From Marsupella aquatica (taxonomy: Eukaryota > Plantae > Marchantiophyta), in the NCBI GenBank assembly GCA_973895155.1, contig OZ316899.1:5211241-5275240 (forward strand): 64,000 nucleotides of DNA, written 5' to 3'. Below are positions 1 to 13,003 of this stretch, one piece after another. Each line of letters starts with the position of its first letter. Within the stretch, counting starts at the first letter, position 1. The notes under the pieces are model-generated. The model saw nothing but the letters and a program-made list of their open reading frames with translations. It had not been told where the DNA came from and did not search any database. The translations under genes and the position numbers were made by a program.

Positions 1-3000
1 GTTAAAGAAAATTTACAAGCTTACCCTTTAGGATACTATGCAACTCGAACTCAATGCTACCATGTTCAGACTGAATCACAGAACCTCACAGAGATCTGGC
101 ATAGACGATTGGGACATCCTGGAACAAGCATGTTCCACAGAATTGTCAATAACTCTAAAGGAGTATCAAAAGAAGTACATCCTAGAGCATTCAAAGGACC
201 ATGCCTTGCCTGCTCACAGGGCAAGATGATTACTGCTCCCTCCAATTCCAAAACCGAAAACCACATACCTGCATTTCTTGAGAGACTTCATGCAGATGTT
301 TGCGGACCCATCGATCCTCCCAGTGGCCCATTTTGCTATTTTCTGGTCGTCATAGACGCAAGCTCCAAGTGGTCAAGGGTTTCCCTATTATCAACCCGGA
401 ACCTCGTTTTCTCTCGGATTCTGGCCACATTATACGACTGAGAGCTCAATTCCCAGAATATCCAATTCGAACCCTTAGGACTAATGGAGCTGGAGAGTTT
501 ACATCAAAAACTTTTGATGAATTTTGTCTCATCAACGGCATTGATTCACAATACAATGTCCCATATGTACATTTTCAAAATGGTATGACCGAGTCACTTA
601 TTAAACGTATACAACTGATCTCTTGACCTTTATTAATGCAATCCTCTCTTCCAGCGACTGCATGGGGACATGCAGTCCTACATGCTGCGTCTCTCCTTTT
701 ATACAGACGATCAACCTACAATAGCACTACACCTCATCAATTGGCATTTGGAAATTCTCCAAACATTTCACACTTGAGAATATTCGGATGTCAGTCCTCG
801 TACCCATCCTAGGTCCCAAACGGACAAAATTAGGACTTCAGAGAAGAAAAGGTATCTATGTGGGATTCGACTCTACATCGATCATCCGATACATGGAACC
901 TACCACTGCAGATATATTCAAAGCCCGCTTTACTGATTGTCATTTTTATGAAACCATTTTTCCAACTTTAACATCACCAGAGGGAAAACAGAAAACATTA
1001 CCAAATATATTCACCTGGCACGCTAGTCCTGAACTATGTCCAGATCCACGCACAGAACAGGCTGAATTAGAAGTCAGAAGAATTATCCAACTCACAAAGA
1101 TTATGGAAGTTATACCTGAGTCATTCGCAGATGCAACGAATGTAACTAAATCTCATATACCAACAATGAATACCCCATCCTGGATACAAATCGGACCTCA
1201 GTTAGCGTCTGATCAACAATTAAAACCAAAGAGAGGACGCCCTCTAGGGGCTGTTGACAAACAACTCAGACAAAGGCGAAAGCTTCCAACATCACCTGAA
1301 ACAAGACCACAAGCTCATACTTATATTTCAGAATCATATCACCCAGAGACAGCCATACATTATAATACCACTGGCCACATCTTAGATAGAACCTGAGTAA
1401 TACCTGATGATCAATTTGCTTTTCATATATCACAGGATATTACTAACTTACCTGACCCAAAATCTGTCAAAGAAGCACAAAACCAAACAGATTGGCCTAA
1501 ATGGCAAATAACAATGAACTCCGAGTTAGATTCTTTGATATCTAGAAAAGTATTTGGTCCTATAACCATTGCTTCTCCAGACCAACACCTTACAGGATAC
1601 AAAATCATATTTAACAAAAAAAGGAATTCCCAAGGAGAAATTGTGAGGTATAAAGCTTGACTCGTTGCAAAAGGTTATACTCAAATCTATGGCACAGATT
1701 ATGACCTAACATATTCTCTAGTCATGGATGTAACTACTTACCGATACTTGATAGCATTTGCAATCCAGCACAAACTTCTCATGCATCAACTTGATGTGGT
1801 GACCGCTTACCTTTACGGTCAACTTGACACTGTGATATATATGGAAGTTCCACCAGAGCTTATAGAGCGTGTCAATTTCCATGCAAATTCAAATCATGAT
1901 GCAGATATGCATAGTAGCAAACATGCAAATGAATTTGACTACGTAAATAAGCTGGTACTTCACAATGCTTCTAAAGCAATTGCATTCCAGGAAACTCCTG
2001 GAAAATACAGTACAAAGACCAAAGCAACCGATAGAAAGACTCGGTTTGCTATTCAGGTTCTTCGTTCACTTTACGGCCTAAAACAAAGTGGACGTACCTG
2101 GTACCAACATTTTAAAACAGAGATGATATCCATGGGATACAAACATTCAGAGATTGCACCTTGTCTATTCATAAAGAATGAAGAGTCTGAATTCATCATA
2201 ATTGCTATTTATGTTGATGACCTAAACTTGTTTGGTACCCACAAGATGATGCAAGAATCTATACAAACGCTTAAACGCGTATTTGAAATGAGGGATTTAG
2301 GAAGAACTTCCTACTGCATTGGACTTCAGTTTGAACATTTGAAGTCAGGCATTCTCCTGCATCAAGAGACTTACACACAAAAGGTGTTAAAACATTTCCG
2401 CATGGATTCGTTAAAAGCTGTGAAGTCCCCCATGGATATACATACCTTGGACATACAGAAAGATATGTTCAGGAAGAGAGAAGATTTTGAACCTTTACTA
2501 GGTTCAGATATGCCATACCTTTCGGCTATCGGTGCTCTAATGTTTCTATCTAATCAAACTTGACCGGACATAGCATTCGCGGTCAACTTACTCGCAAGAC
2601 ATAGCGCACAGCCCACTATCAGACACTAGAATGGTATTAAAAGGATACTCCGTTATCTAATTGGTACATCAGACTTTGGTTTATACTTTCCTTATGATGC
2701 AGATTATAATTTAACAGGATATGCTGACGCTGGCTATCTATCCAATCCACAAGATGGTAAATCTCAAACTGGATATATTTTCTTGATGGGCCCGACACCA
2801 ATTTCATGGCGCAGCACCAAACAGACTCTTACTACTACTTCTTCCAATCACTCTGAAATAATTGCTCTCTACAAAGCAAGTCGTGAGTGTTTATGGTTAC
2901 GAAAAGTCTTAGATCACATTCTGATCAACACAGGTAAATCAAAGTTAACAGAACCTACTACATTATTCGAAGATAACATGCCCTGCATCACTCAAATCAA

Positions 3001-3250
3001 AACCGGATTCATCAAAGGCGAACGTACAAAACACATTGCACCTAAGTTCTTTTTCTCACATGAACAACAAGGAAAAGAAATTGATGTACAATGGGTTCCA
3101 AGAAATCAGAACTTGGCAGATCTTCTTACAAAGTCACTACCAGCATCACTTCATCAATCACTAACTTATTCAATAGGTATATACAGCAAGACAAAACTTT
3201 TGCAGGATGCACACATAGAGGCGAACATTCTGTTTTCAGGGGGAGCATGA
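1..3250 (+). pseudogene. copia pol pseudogene (GAG-pre-integrase/integrase, RT, RNase H)
   Basis: Fragments contain GHPG..CLAC, HQLDVVTAYLYG, SLYGLKQSG, IYVDDL, ISWRSTKQ and NLADLLTK. Multiple stops and frameshifts. Confidence 0.9.
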
Positions 3251-4193
3251 ACTCACCTGGAAATCCGAAATCAACAAAACGGGACTGGCAGACAGCATCT
3301 GCAGCAACAACTTCTCACACAGTTTTGAGCAAGAAAATATGAAGCAATGCACTCACCTCCAACATGATCTGACTGATGGCACAACAACGTATGATGCAGC
3401 AATACATTACGCAACAGTTCATGACACAAATCCATGATGACATAGCAACAATCAATGCAGATCTACAACCAACATCTCCACAAGAATTCATTTGAACTCC
3501 ACAGAAAGCAAGCGCGAACGGTAGTCGATATTTCTACTTTACACTCCACGAAGACAACAATCGTGAGCAGCAGCAGCGCGCAACAGTCACGAGCAATCGC
3601 AAACACCCTTTAACATCCCTAAATCTTTTTCAACATTGCAAGAACAAACAGCAAATGATTATGACCTGCTGTCGACTCCGAGCAGCAATCGATTGCTCAC
3701 CTCCCGATCTCCGAATAGTCGACCTCAACCTACTATCAACTTCAACCAGCAGTCGACATTTTTAGTCAACGTTTCTACCTCTCACATGTCACGATTTTCC
3801 TTACACCACTTACTTCCGAAAAGCCACAGGAAACCTAATTTTTCTTTACACTATTACTCCCGAACACTCCTTAAGGATCATCTTACCATTAGACCACGTA
3901 AGATAGAATTATTAGTAATCTTGCAGATCAATACCACACACTAGAATACAAACCTAAAACAAAATTACTCTAACCATACTTCTAGAACAGTAAAGAGTAG
4001 ACAAACACAAATATAGATTACTTTAGAAAGACATAAATTTATTTTGACATTTAAAGGGATGCAGGGTGGCAATACTCTTTCCTTCCACAAAAGAAAGTAG
4101 GGAAGGTTTTAATGAGGTTGCACCTCCATCACCTAACTTCACATACATTAGTAGAAGATTGGTTGTCACATTTTTCTTAAAATGATAACACCC

Positions 4194-4202
4194 AAGGGGG
4201 AG
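4194..4202 (+). promoter_or_regulatory. polypurine tract of the Bianca-like element
   Basis: AAGGGGGAG immediately followed by TG. Confidence 0.75.
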
Positions 4203-4407
4203 TGCTATACCCTAATTATGATTGGGTATACTAACTATAGTTAGAACCCATGGTTAACTCCAACCAGAGTTACCATATGTATATATTCTCTCCTTGAAAT
4301 AGAAGATCATATCATTGTTGGTGTATTTTAGTTTGTAACAGATTGGAACTATTAGTAAATGTTGGAGGTTGGAGCAACTTGTCGGCTATGGTATCCTCCT
4401 TGTAACA
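4203..4407 (+). repeat. 3' LTR (~205 bp) of the Bianca-like element
   Basis: TGCTATA...TGTAACA following the PPT, with an internal TATATA. The right end abuts an interrupted RT fragment. The second LTR is not in the window, so the boundary cannot be confirmed. Confidence 0.6.
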
Positions 4408-4634
4408 CTTTTCTCTGTCCAAGGATCGTAAGTCCATTGGTGATTTGATTGCTATTGCTTTTTGCATATTAAATTGCTTTAGCATTCTACGTGTGTATGT
4501 AGATTGATGGAGTAGTATTCCGTCATGTAAGTGTTCAAACTGTAGTCCGAGGAGAAAGCAGTCTTGCCTAGGTCTCATATTTTGAATGGACGTTTCAACA
4601 ATGTAATGGTTTCCAACATTATCTTTGTAGTGCC
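4408..4634 (-). pseudogene. RT fragment of an older Bianca-like copia in the opposite orientation
   Basis: DLGKT..LGLQFEHLHDGILLHQSTYT..KSPMD is homologous to the RT at ~2290-2450. Confidence 0.8.
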
Positions 4635-4833
4635 TGTTAGGTATTTACTCAAGGTCTAGGGTTACGACATGTAACCGTGGTTAGGCTAACCATAGTCGGA
4701 GACATGGTTAGGTTAACTAGGATGCACACTGTATGCCAAGCGGTGTTTGCTTGGATAAGTGGAACTTAGGCTCATTGTTATGGAGCCACTTGAGAGATGA
4801 GGAGAGCTTACACTGTGGAGACTTGGTATAGTT
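4635..4833 (+). repeat. truncated copia LTR, same family as the LTR at 59728-60050 (inverted)
   Basis: TGTTAGGTATTTACTCAAGG...GGAGACTTGGTATAG matches the reverse complement of ~59855-60050. Confidence 0.85.
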
Positions 4834-5819
4834 GAGCTACCGCCACCTATGACCGGCTGAATTCCCCTGCTCTCCTCCGAATCTTGCTTGGCATCCTGAG
4901 CCAAGAATCGCTCCCGCAACCCCCCATTTTTGTCCCCCAAATGCTCCCTGCTTCCAAGGTCCCCTGCCTCGCCAAAGCCGCCTTTCTGAAGCTCCGCGGT
5001 CCCCCTCTCTAGATGCCTCCCAAACTCTCCCATTTCCCTACCCATCATAGGAATGTGTCCGCCATGCACCCCTCTAGCCCGCACAAAAGGTTCCACCTTT
5101 CTGTAGTAATCCATTGCTGCCATAGTTCCTTCCCTTCTTCCACGATCGAAAGGTAACAGCAATGCAACCAAGAAAAAGGTAAGAAAGCAAATAGGACTTA
5201 CCTTCTCCCACTTCTGAGCGACTCCCAAGCAGAATCCCCATAGCTCCCAATCAATCACATGCATATAATCCCCGTAGTCACTATGAGCTGCTCCACCACA
5301 ATTTCAGAGTGACACCGCAATAGTACTCCTCTGAGATCCTAGTGAAGAATCCCATGGACCAGCGCAAAGTTCCACCTAACTTCCAGAGTTAGAAGCCACT
5401 AGAACACTTCTCCCGCTTTGACTCCCGTATTAAGGTGTGGTAGAGCAGCCTCCTTGGGGAGTGGCACCTTGCCAATGTCACTCTTAAACCCAGCCAAATA
5501 CAATCCACGAGGACCAACCTCTGCAAGAAAGTGCGCCCTCATCCACCTCCTTGATGCGGCAAAGTCCACCGTTGCGTTATTTCCTCACTGGCACAACCTA
5601 AATTTTGCTTTAGCCGAGATATCACCCAGCCATGATGCCTTGATCAAATCCACCCCAACTTTTCACCGCCTATATAAGCGCTCATGCCTTATCTTCCTGA
5701 GCAGCATAGCACAAATTTACGCATCCTAGTTTGGATCCCTTCCTACCTCTCGTTAAGTGTAAACATAGCCCGCACCGCCAGTGCGCCTTTTTTAGTTCCT
5801 GTCAGTTCCTCCAAGTCTC

Positions 5820-8800
5820 CTTCCTTTTCCTATCCTTGTTGCCCTCACACCAGTAAACAGTCCAGATGCTATTATCCTCCACAAAAAGGTCTTGGCCCTC
5901 ATGGACAGTCCAAAACTCCATATTCCAGTCCATCTAGTACTCCACTCTCCCGCTTTCCTGAGAATCCCCCACATCCGGTTCAAACTGAGGGTGTCACTGT
6001 ACTCAGTCCGAATCATCCTATACACTCTTCTATTCTGAATTTGCGAAGCTCTTCAGTGAATCCAGACAGTCTGCCCAGCACCAACAATGAGGACCAGGCT
6101 CATAGCTCCATACACATTGCCTGATGCTCACCAGAGCATCCAGGAATTTCCTACCCATATCCCGGTGTTCCAGCAAGAATCCCCGAATGTTCTCCCATCT
6201 CTCACTGTTCTCCATCCTTGTCTCTCCTCTGCCCACAAATCCTGTACACACTGAATACCCAATCGCCCATAGAATCTTGTGGCAGCAGCCATGTCCTCAT
6301 GACTCCATGCCTAAAAGCCTTTCAAGCACCTAATTGTGTCTCCCACTGCCCATCTTCTTGGCACTTGGTTCATGGAACAGAATATCAAATTCGCCCGTAG
6401 CTGTTCCCATGCCTTCCAAAGCCAACCTGTATATGCTAGTCCATGAAGTGCTCGCGGGCAGGAGAGCAGCATCTTGTCCTTAAATGTGTAGTTGTTTCTC
6501 CTTACTATCTTGTAGTTGGCCCAACCAATCAATTTCAAATTTGCAGCAAAAAACATGCCCATTCCAAGCAGGGAGAATCCAGCGCCCCAGTGAACCATTT
6601 GGCAAGTAGTGCATCCAAATGGCTTATGAAATCCTTAGTTCCAAGTCCCCCCTCTGCCTTAGGACGAGAGATGCTAGCCCAAGAGACCAGTGGCACTCGT
6701 CTTCCACCTTCTTTATTATACCCCCACAAAAAATCTCTACATAGTGCAATCATTTTTCTTGCCAGCACATTAGAAACTTTTAGAAACATTGAGTGGTATA
6801 CAGGTATTGGCTGTAAAATATGCCTTATAAGCAGAGTTCTGCCTGTGAATGTCAGCATCTTGTTGGTCCAAGATGAAAGCCGTTGTCCAATTTTATCCAG
6901 GACAAAGCTGTGCAGCTGTTCCATTTTCAGGTCCACCCCCAGTGGAGCTCCAAGATATTTCTGTAGGTCCCCCCTGCCACTGATCACGCATCCAGTATCA
7001 CTGAGCCACAGTGGCGTAGTCGTTACTAGTGGTATCACAGTGGATTTCTGTAAGTTAAGTCGAACCCCTGTTGCCAATTCGTAGCATTTCACCCCTTCTA
7101 TTACCTGTTGAAAGTTTCTCTCCTTTGCCGGGATAAACATCCCCAAGTCATCCGCGAACATACGGTAACAGATGGTTAGTATCTTTGAGACTTGTATTCC
7201 TTCTAACCTGCCTGCAACCAGTTTTGCATCCATAAAATCCATCAGTGGCTGTGTTGAGATCACAAAAAGGAGAGGAGAGAAGGGGCATCCTTGTCTGACC
7301 CCCCGTTTGAGCCCAATATCAGATGAGAGCATTCCATTCAGGTGTATCCTTGATGTAGCGTGTTGCATCAATGCCTGCACCAGCTTAATGAAATTGCTGC
7401 TTATACCAAGCAAGTGCATAGTTTCCCAAATGTATCCCTGGTCTACCTAGTCAAATGCCTTCTCAAAGTCAAGTTTAAGAGAAAGTGCCTCATACTTCCT
7501 ATTTTTCACCTAGTCAAACGTCAACCATGCCAGTGATATATTTTCCAGTATATTTTGGCCAGGGATAAACCCTGTCTGCTGGGGGCTTATTAGCCAGGGC
7601 AAAATACATATCAGCCTACGAGCCAAGATTTTGGCAATCAACTTATATACTGTGTTAAGCATGGTTAGTGGCCGCCAGTCCTTTAGCATCCTTTTATCCG
7701 CCTTCTTGGGGATGAACTTGATGATCCCCTCTTTGACCCCACTCGCCAGCTTTCTTGTCAACCAGAATTCCTGTATCATGGCCACCAAGTCCTCGTGCAA
7801 GAATTCCCAACAAGCCTGGTATACCTCTGCAGACAGCCCATCTGGTCCCGGTGCCTTGTCCTTTGGGAGCATCCAAAGGGCCTCTTTAATTTCCGTGTTT
7901 GTGGGCAGCTTCTCCAACTTGGTTCTCTCTGCTGTGGTTAGTGCCGCCCTAGTATGCTCAAGCAGTCTACTACGTTCGTTTAGTGAAATCAATCGCTCCC
8001 CCTGTAATGGGTCCCCAGGAGCAAACAATTCTAGGCAAATTTGTTCCACCTACTTCATTATGTGCACCAAATCTGTAATCACCGTCCCACCTTCCAACAG
8101 CAGACCCCGCAGCAGACTCTTCATTGCTTCTTGTTCTCTCTTAGCCTTAACAGTTGCAAAGTAGAAGTGAGATGGTTCATCTCCCTCCCCCAGCCATTTG
8201 ATTTGCGCCAATCTTCTTCCTCTATGTGCCTCCTCTAGCTCCGCAGCATGTAGTAAGTCCTCACTGTCGACGTACTCTCTAAGTTTGTTTTCAGAGTATT
8301 CCTCCATTATTGTCGTCTTCAGCACCCTTAATTTATCCCGCAACAACAACAGTTCTTCCTCTCTTCGCTTAGGTGACCCTTGCTTCTCAATGATTGTACA
8401 TTTTCCTCATATTGCGACTGGCCTTATCGAAAGCCATTATTGGTTCAGTACACCCCCCTTTTCCTTCCATCCATGCCCGCTTAAGTGCTTCCACCGTTCC
8501 TTCCATTTTCACCAGGGTCGGGTTTGCTTTGAAGAGTGTCAGTCGCACCCTTCCTCCCACAGCCTATACACCATTCGTAAGTTGCACACTCAGGACCACC
8601 GGATCGTGGTCCGAGAGGGCCGAGCACCCATCATGCTCAAGTTCCCCCGTCAATTTGATCCATTCCCCATTGTTACTAAAGTAGAATCTGCCCAGCCGGG
8701 ACTGTGTTAGTATCCCATTCCTGCTTCTGCGCCATGTGTATCTAGACCCCTTGTCAATTCCTTTGAATTGTATAGCATCCACCAGGTTGAATTGCACCTT

Positions 8801-9247
8801 CAAAAAGCTCTAAAATTTGGCCTCACGTCCTTTTATCAAGGGAGAGTTGCCTGTGGAATCCTCCCGCATCTCCGTCATGTTAAAGTCCCCGCATGCAATC
8901 CAGTAGGCCGGGGGCAATCCCAGTGTAAGCTCATTCCAGAGGATTGCCCTCCTCCTGGGCAAATTGGGTGCATAGACAATGATTATTCCAAAGTTACATT
9001 CTTCATAAGCTAGAAGCGCCCATACAACTCTTCCAAGATCAAACACACCTGAATCCACAATTTTGATCCCCGGATGTATTAGTAGCAATGTGCCCCCACG
9101 CCCCTCGTCCGGGGCCAATGTAATACACTGATACAATGGCAGTATCACCCTCATAGCCACGTCAAGCCTGAACTGATCTGCCTTAATCTCCTGCAAGGCC
9201 AGAATTTCCACCCTTCCCTTTCTGGACTCAATCCGGTTTTTAACTAC
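5820..9247 (-). pseudogene. L1-clade LINE (LINE-1a) ORF2: APE endonuclease, RT and start of the C-terminal region; degenerate
   Basis: ILALQE, CGDFN, ALSDHDP, KAPGPDG, DWRPLTMLN, GVRQGCPFSP, MFADD, KYLG, KTFLWR. Continues seamlessly at 49164 once element A is removed. Confidence 0.9.
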
Positions 9248-9607
9248 TGTGACGCCGCCGGTACGGCGAGTAATGAGTAATTTGGTCTAAACCGCGCTTA
9301 GCACGCGCATTAGGGGTATATTAGGCCGCTATTATTAGCATAACGACAGTATTTAGGTAACCATTATGAGTAGGAAATCATTAGTCAATAAGGGGAATTC
9401 ATGTTCGAACTGGCGGCGTGTCGCCATTCGCACGCCCGAGTTGCGAGCGTGGAGGCCCCCCCCCCCTCGGGTCCGTATAACGAACTTAGGGAAGTGGCCA
9501 CTGACACGCGCTGACTCAGACCGGCGGAGTGCCCGGTACACTACAAGCGTGAACGGTTCAGCCTATAAGCAACGAGGAGACGTCGGGTGATCGATGAGCC
9601 CTCAAGG

Positions 9608-9615
9608 TATAAAAA
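9608..9615 (+). promoter_or_regulatory. TATA box in LTR A upstream of the LTR-encoded ORF (also at 41324-41331)
   Basis: TATAAAAA ~108 nt upstream of the ORF start codon in both LTRs. Confidence 0.55.
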
Positions 9616-9715
9616 GGGAGCCGACCCTTTGTAGTGCACCAGTCCATCAGTCCACGCGCCAACTTTGACCCCAGCTCTCTTGTTTGCTCTTAGTTGCCAC
9701 TGCTATCTCCTCTGA

Positions 9716-12096
9716 ATATCGCACACGATCCTCTCCAATTCGACCATTTGATTCTGGACGCAATTCCTATCTACCGGAAGACACTTGGCCGACTCATTGA
9801 AACACGCCAACCGGCCCCGATACGAAATCGAACACGAGTATGAGAGAGCCATCCGCCTAGCAGGACAACACCACTATATCCTTAACTTTGACTACCCATC
9901 TCAGAGCGAGCTTTACCGACCAGCAGAGGTATCAGGGTACTTCTTCAACGGAGACAAATATATTGGTTTCTGGGAAGCATTGCTTCGGCTTTCGGACGAG
10001 GTCTTCAATATCCTGAGTACGATCGACTTGCAACGGCATCACTTTGACCACATCCCGGCTCAGGTTCGGGCTATCATCAACAGCGAGTCCAGCACTACCC
10101 GTTCGACAAGGCCGTCTGCACTTGCTTCAAAGAACTTATACGAGCACCTGCAGAGCTTCATGGGAACTAGACCCTCAACCGCCGGCGCCGACCCAGTTGA
10201 TCCCATACCTGTACCCGCGCCAACACAGACTCAGGCTCAGCCTCAGTCTCAGCCTCAGCCTAGCCAACCCCCCACCGCCAATCGCCCCGCCAGTACAAGT
10301 ACGCTCCGTCATCAACGTTGTGGACCTTAGCGACGACGACGAGACTACCCCACCCTTGCTCAGGCGGCCTAGAGGAGCAAACACTCAAGGGGCCAACACT
10401 ACATCGTCCCCTCCCCATGTCCGGACCCAAGGAGTGGCTCCAGCAGACAACACGGTGACCGTGGCCGCCCCCGGCCCAATACTAACGGCGGTAGCACTAC
10501 CTATGGCCGATCGAGAGGATGGGGAGGTGTCACCCTCCTCGAGCCAGTCATGAGGGAAGAAGAGGAAGGAACCCGCTGCTGCATCCGGGTTACCAATGGC
10601 CACGGTAGCCGCGGCCAAGGTGACAATGCACCGCATGGGGGAAAACGTGCATAAAAAATCCTCCATCCCAAACATGCGGTGTACCTGAAAACTCAGGGAT
10701 TTGAGCACCTCGCCTCTCTCCCCTGGAACACTTGCAGGTACTACGGGGAGGACATGATGGAATTCGTCAAGAATTATGACGACGCACGTCAACACACTCG
10801 GCTGCGGGGAAGGAATATGTCCCTCACGGAAGAACGGCTCAGGATGATCTTTGGGTTACCCAAAGGTGACCACCGAGTCGAATCACGGGCTCCCGGGGGC
10901 AAGGGAGCCAAGTACCAATCCTTGAGTTTTCCCTCCGAGGGATCAGTGGACAACGGGTTCGTGATGAGGACCTGCCTCATCCCCGAGATAGCTGAGCGAC
11001 TGGAGTTCCAAAGGTACGCCCTCCACATGATGGAACCCCGGGGGCAGATCTCCGCTGTCCAGGTTATCCAGGTTGAGAACTATCGACCTAGGAAGTGGGC
11101 GTCGTACTTTGCTAAAAATTTCCATGAAGAGATGGAGCGGCGAAGAAAAACACTATACATTGGTGGGAAGTCGTATTTTGCTAGCCACATCAAGATCATT
11201 CTCGAGTGGTACGCTCAATTTGATTGACGAACCCTTCCCCGTGTCAACGTAACAAAGCTGGTCCCAGCTAGGTGGGTTTTCCCGGCCTTGGAGAGACGGC
11301 CCCAACCCGAGGCCCGAAGTCCAGCGGCCATACAGGCTTCACCCACCCCACCTCCACAAGTAGCTGTAGCCGTGGTCGAGGAGGTACCGGAGGAGGTACC
11401 GGATGGGTCGGTACATTTCTGATCGGACTTCTGGGAGATTTCTCTCATCAAATTGCCCAGGATACCGGGGAGTTCATGGCCCGGAAGGTAGCCTATTTCT
11501 TCAATCAGGAGTTGGTTGCCGCAGTAAAGGCAGGTCGGGCCCAGTCAGAGGCCTTTCAGAGGATAGAGCGGTACCAGGTGGAGTCCGTATACTTAAAGAA
11601 TGAAGTTGCAGCTCAAGAGGCTGAGCTTATGGAACTACGACCCAAGGTTGCAGCCACCGATGAGTTGTTAGCAAAGGCGCACGCCCTTACCTCCCTAGTC
11701 GAACAGGCCAAAGTTGGGAACGAGGCCAAGATTGCACGACTCCGGAACTAGATTGACAGTTTGAAGAATCAAACTGTCATCTGGCAGAAAGACCTGGAGG
11801 AGGCCGAAGAACGGGCCCAACGGGACACTACGGAGATAGCCACGCTACAGGCCGAAGTAGCGCGGCTCCAAACCGAAGCCGAGAAGCAGGACCAGTTGGC
11901 TGGCAAGCTGACGAGCGACGCCCAGCGGCTGGAGGAGGCATGCCAGGAGGCAGCGGAGGAGACGGACGCGGCGAAGCGAGAGAACGAATCTCTTCTAGAC
12001 CAGGTCCAGCTCCTCAAGGTGGACAACGACAGACTTCGTAAGGAGCGGGATGGCCGCTCCCACTCGGGCGGCTGTGGCAAGCGTGCCAGGCATTAG
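9716..12096 (+). pseudogene. LTR-encoded accessory ORF, 5' LTR copy (degenerate)
   Basis: Joins ORF-track pieces 9785-10330, 10044-10553, 10679-11227, 11272-11751 and 11761-12096. The start codon is ATA here and ATG at 41432. Carries a 268-bp deletion relative to the 3' LTR. Confidence 0.8.
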
Positions 12097-13003
12097 CGGT
12101 GGAGTATGAATAGAATAGGGTTAGGAATAGCTAAATCAGGCTATGGGGACAGGAACCTGCCCTAGTTAGAGCAGCATCGCCATGCTGTCCAACATTCGTA
12201 GGTTAGGATCTTCTAATAAGACACAGCCGTTTTTCGGCCTGACAGTCAGATTAGTTAGGACCTAAGTCACCAAATTTTTGGGCGGGAGGACACTCCGTTC
12301 CTCGGCCCTTAGTATTTAGTGACCCCTCGATAGAGGAGGGGGGGGGGTTTAGTCTCAGTATTGGACGTCCGTAGTATGTGCGAGGAGTCCCAACCTCTGG
12401 AGTGAAAGAGTACCAAGGGGAGGGTGTAAGACTAAGCTTGTTGGGCGAGTGCGGAGCCGGGCTCCGTTGTAGTGTACACCCTCGGCCTTGGACCTGTTCA
12501 CTCCAGAGCATTTGTGTCAACTAAGTGTACGCGTATGTCTCTTATGGAGTAAAATCCCTTCCCGTTATTTCCTTCGTGTAAATCGAGATTTTATGCTTGT
12601 GCGTATGTATGTGTGTGAATCTCGTGTATAGGTGCCAATGCTTGGCCGAACGCACTACCCAAGTAGTGCATGGGGTGCAGCTTGCGTGTACGTGGTTGCG
12701 AGCCCGGGTTGAGCACCCATATCATCAAAATCCGGATCAAAGGCGGACAATACGAAGGCTTAGAAGCCCTTAAGCCAGGGTCGATCCTGCTATCGATTGA
12801 GGTACGTTCCGGCGGCGGAACACAAATCATACCTAGGAGGTGTCCGTATATGACGATAGGTGCACTTAGCGCTATTTTACATAAGTTGGGTGCATTCCGT
12901 GCCTCCCTCCCTGCCCGAACCCTCATTTTGACAAAGGATGTGCCTGTTTAAGCCGAAGCCCGGAGTAAGGCCAAGGCTGACGACGTGACATAGCCTTTGT
13001 TTT

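Larger units (their letters stand above)
1..4407 (+). mobile_element. Ty1/copia LTR retrotransposon, Bianca-like, degenerate; 5' part lies outside the window
   Basis: Copia domain order INT-RT-RNaseH. The integrase motif ERLHADVCGPIDPPSGPFCYFLVVIDASSKWS is typical of Bianca. PPT and a short TG..CA LTR are at the right end. Confidence 0.85.
9248..12990 (+). repeat. element A 5' LTR (3743 bp)
   Basis: TGTGACGCC...CGTGACA, colinear with 40967-49158. Confidence 0.95.

Noticed and set aside
10679-12096. Calling the LTR ORF an env gene
   Set aside because: No signal peptide or transmembrane segment is visible, and basic NLS-like motifs suggest a nuclear protein.
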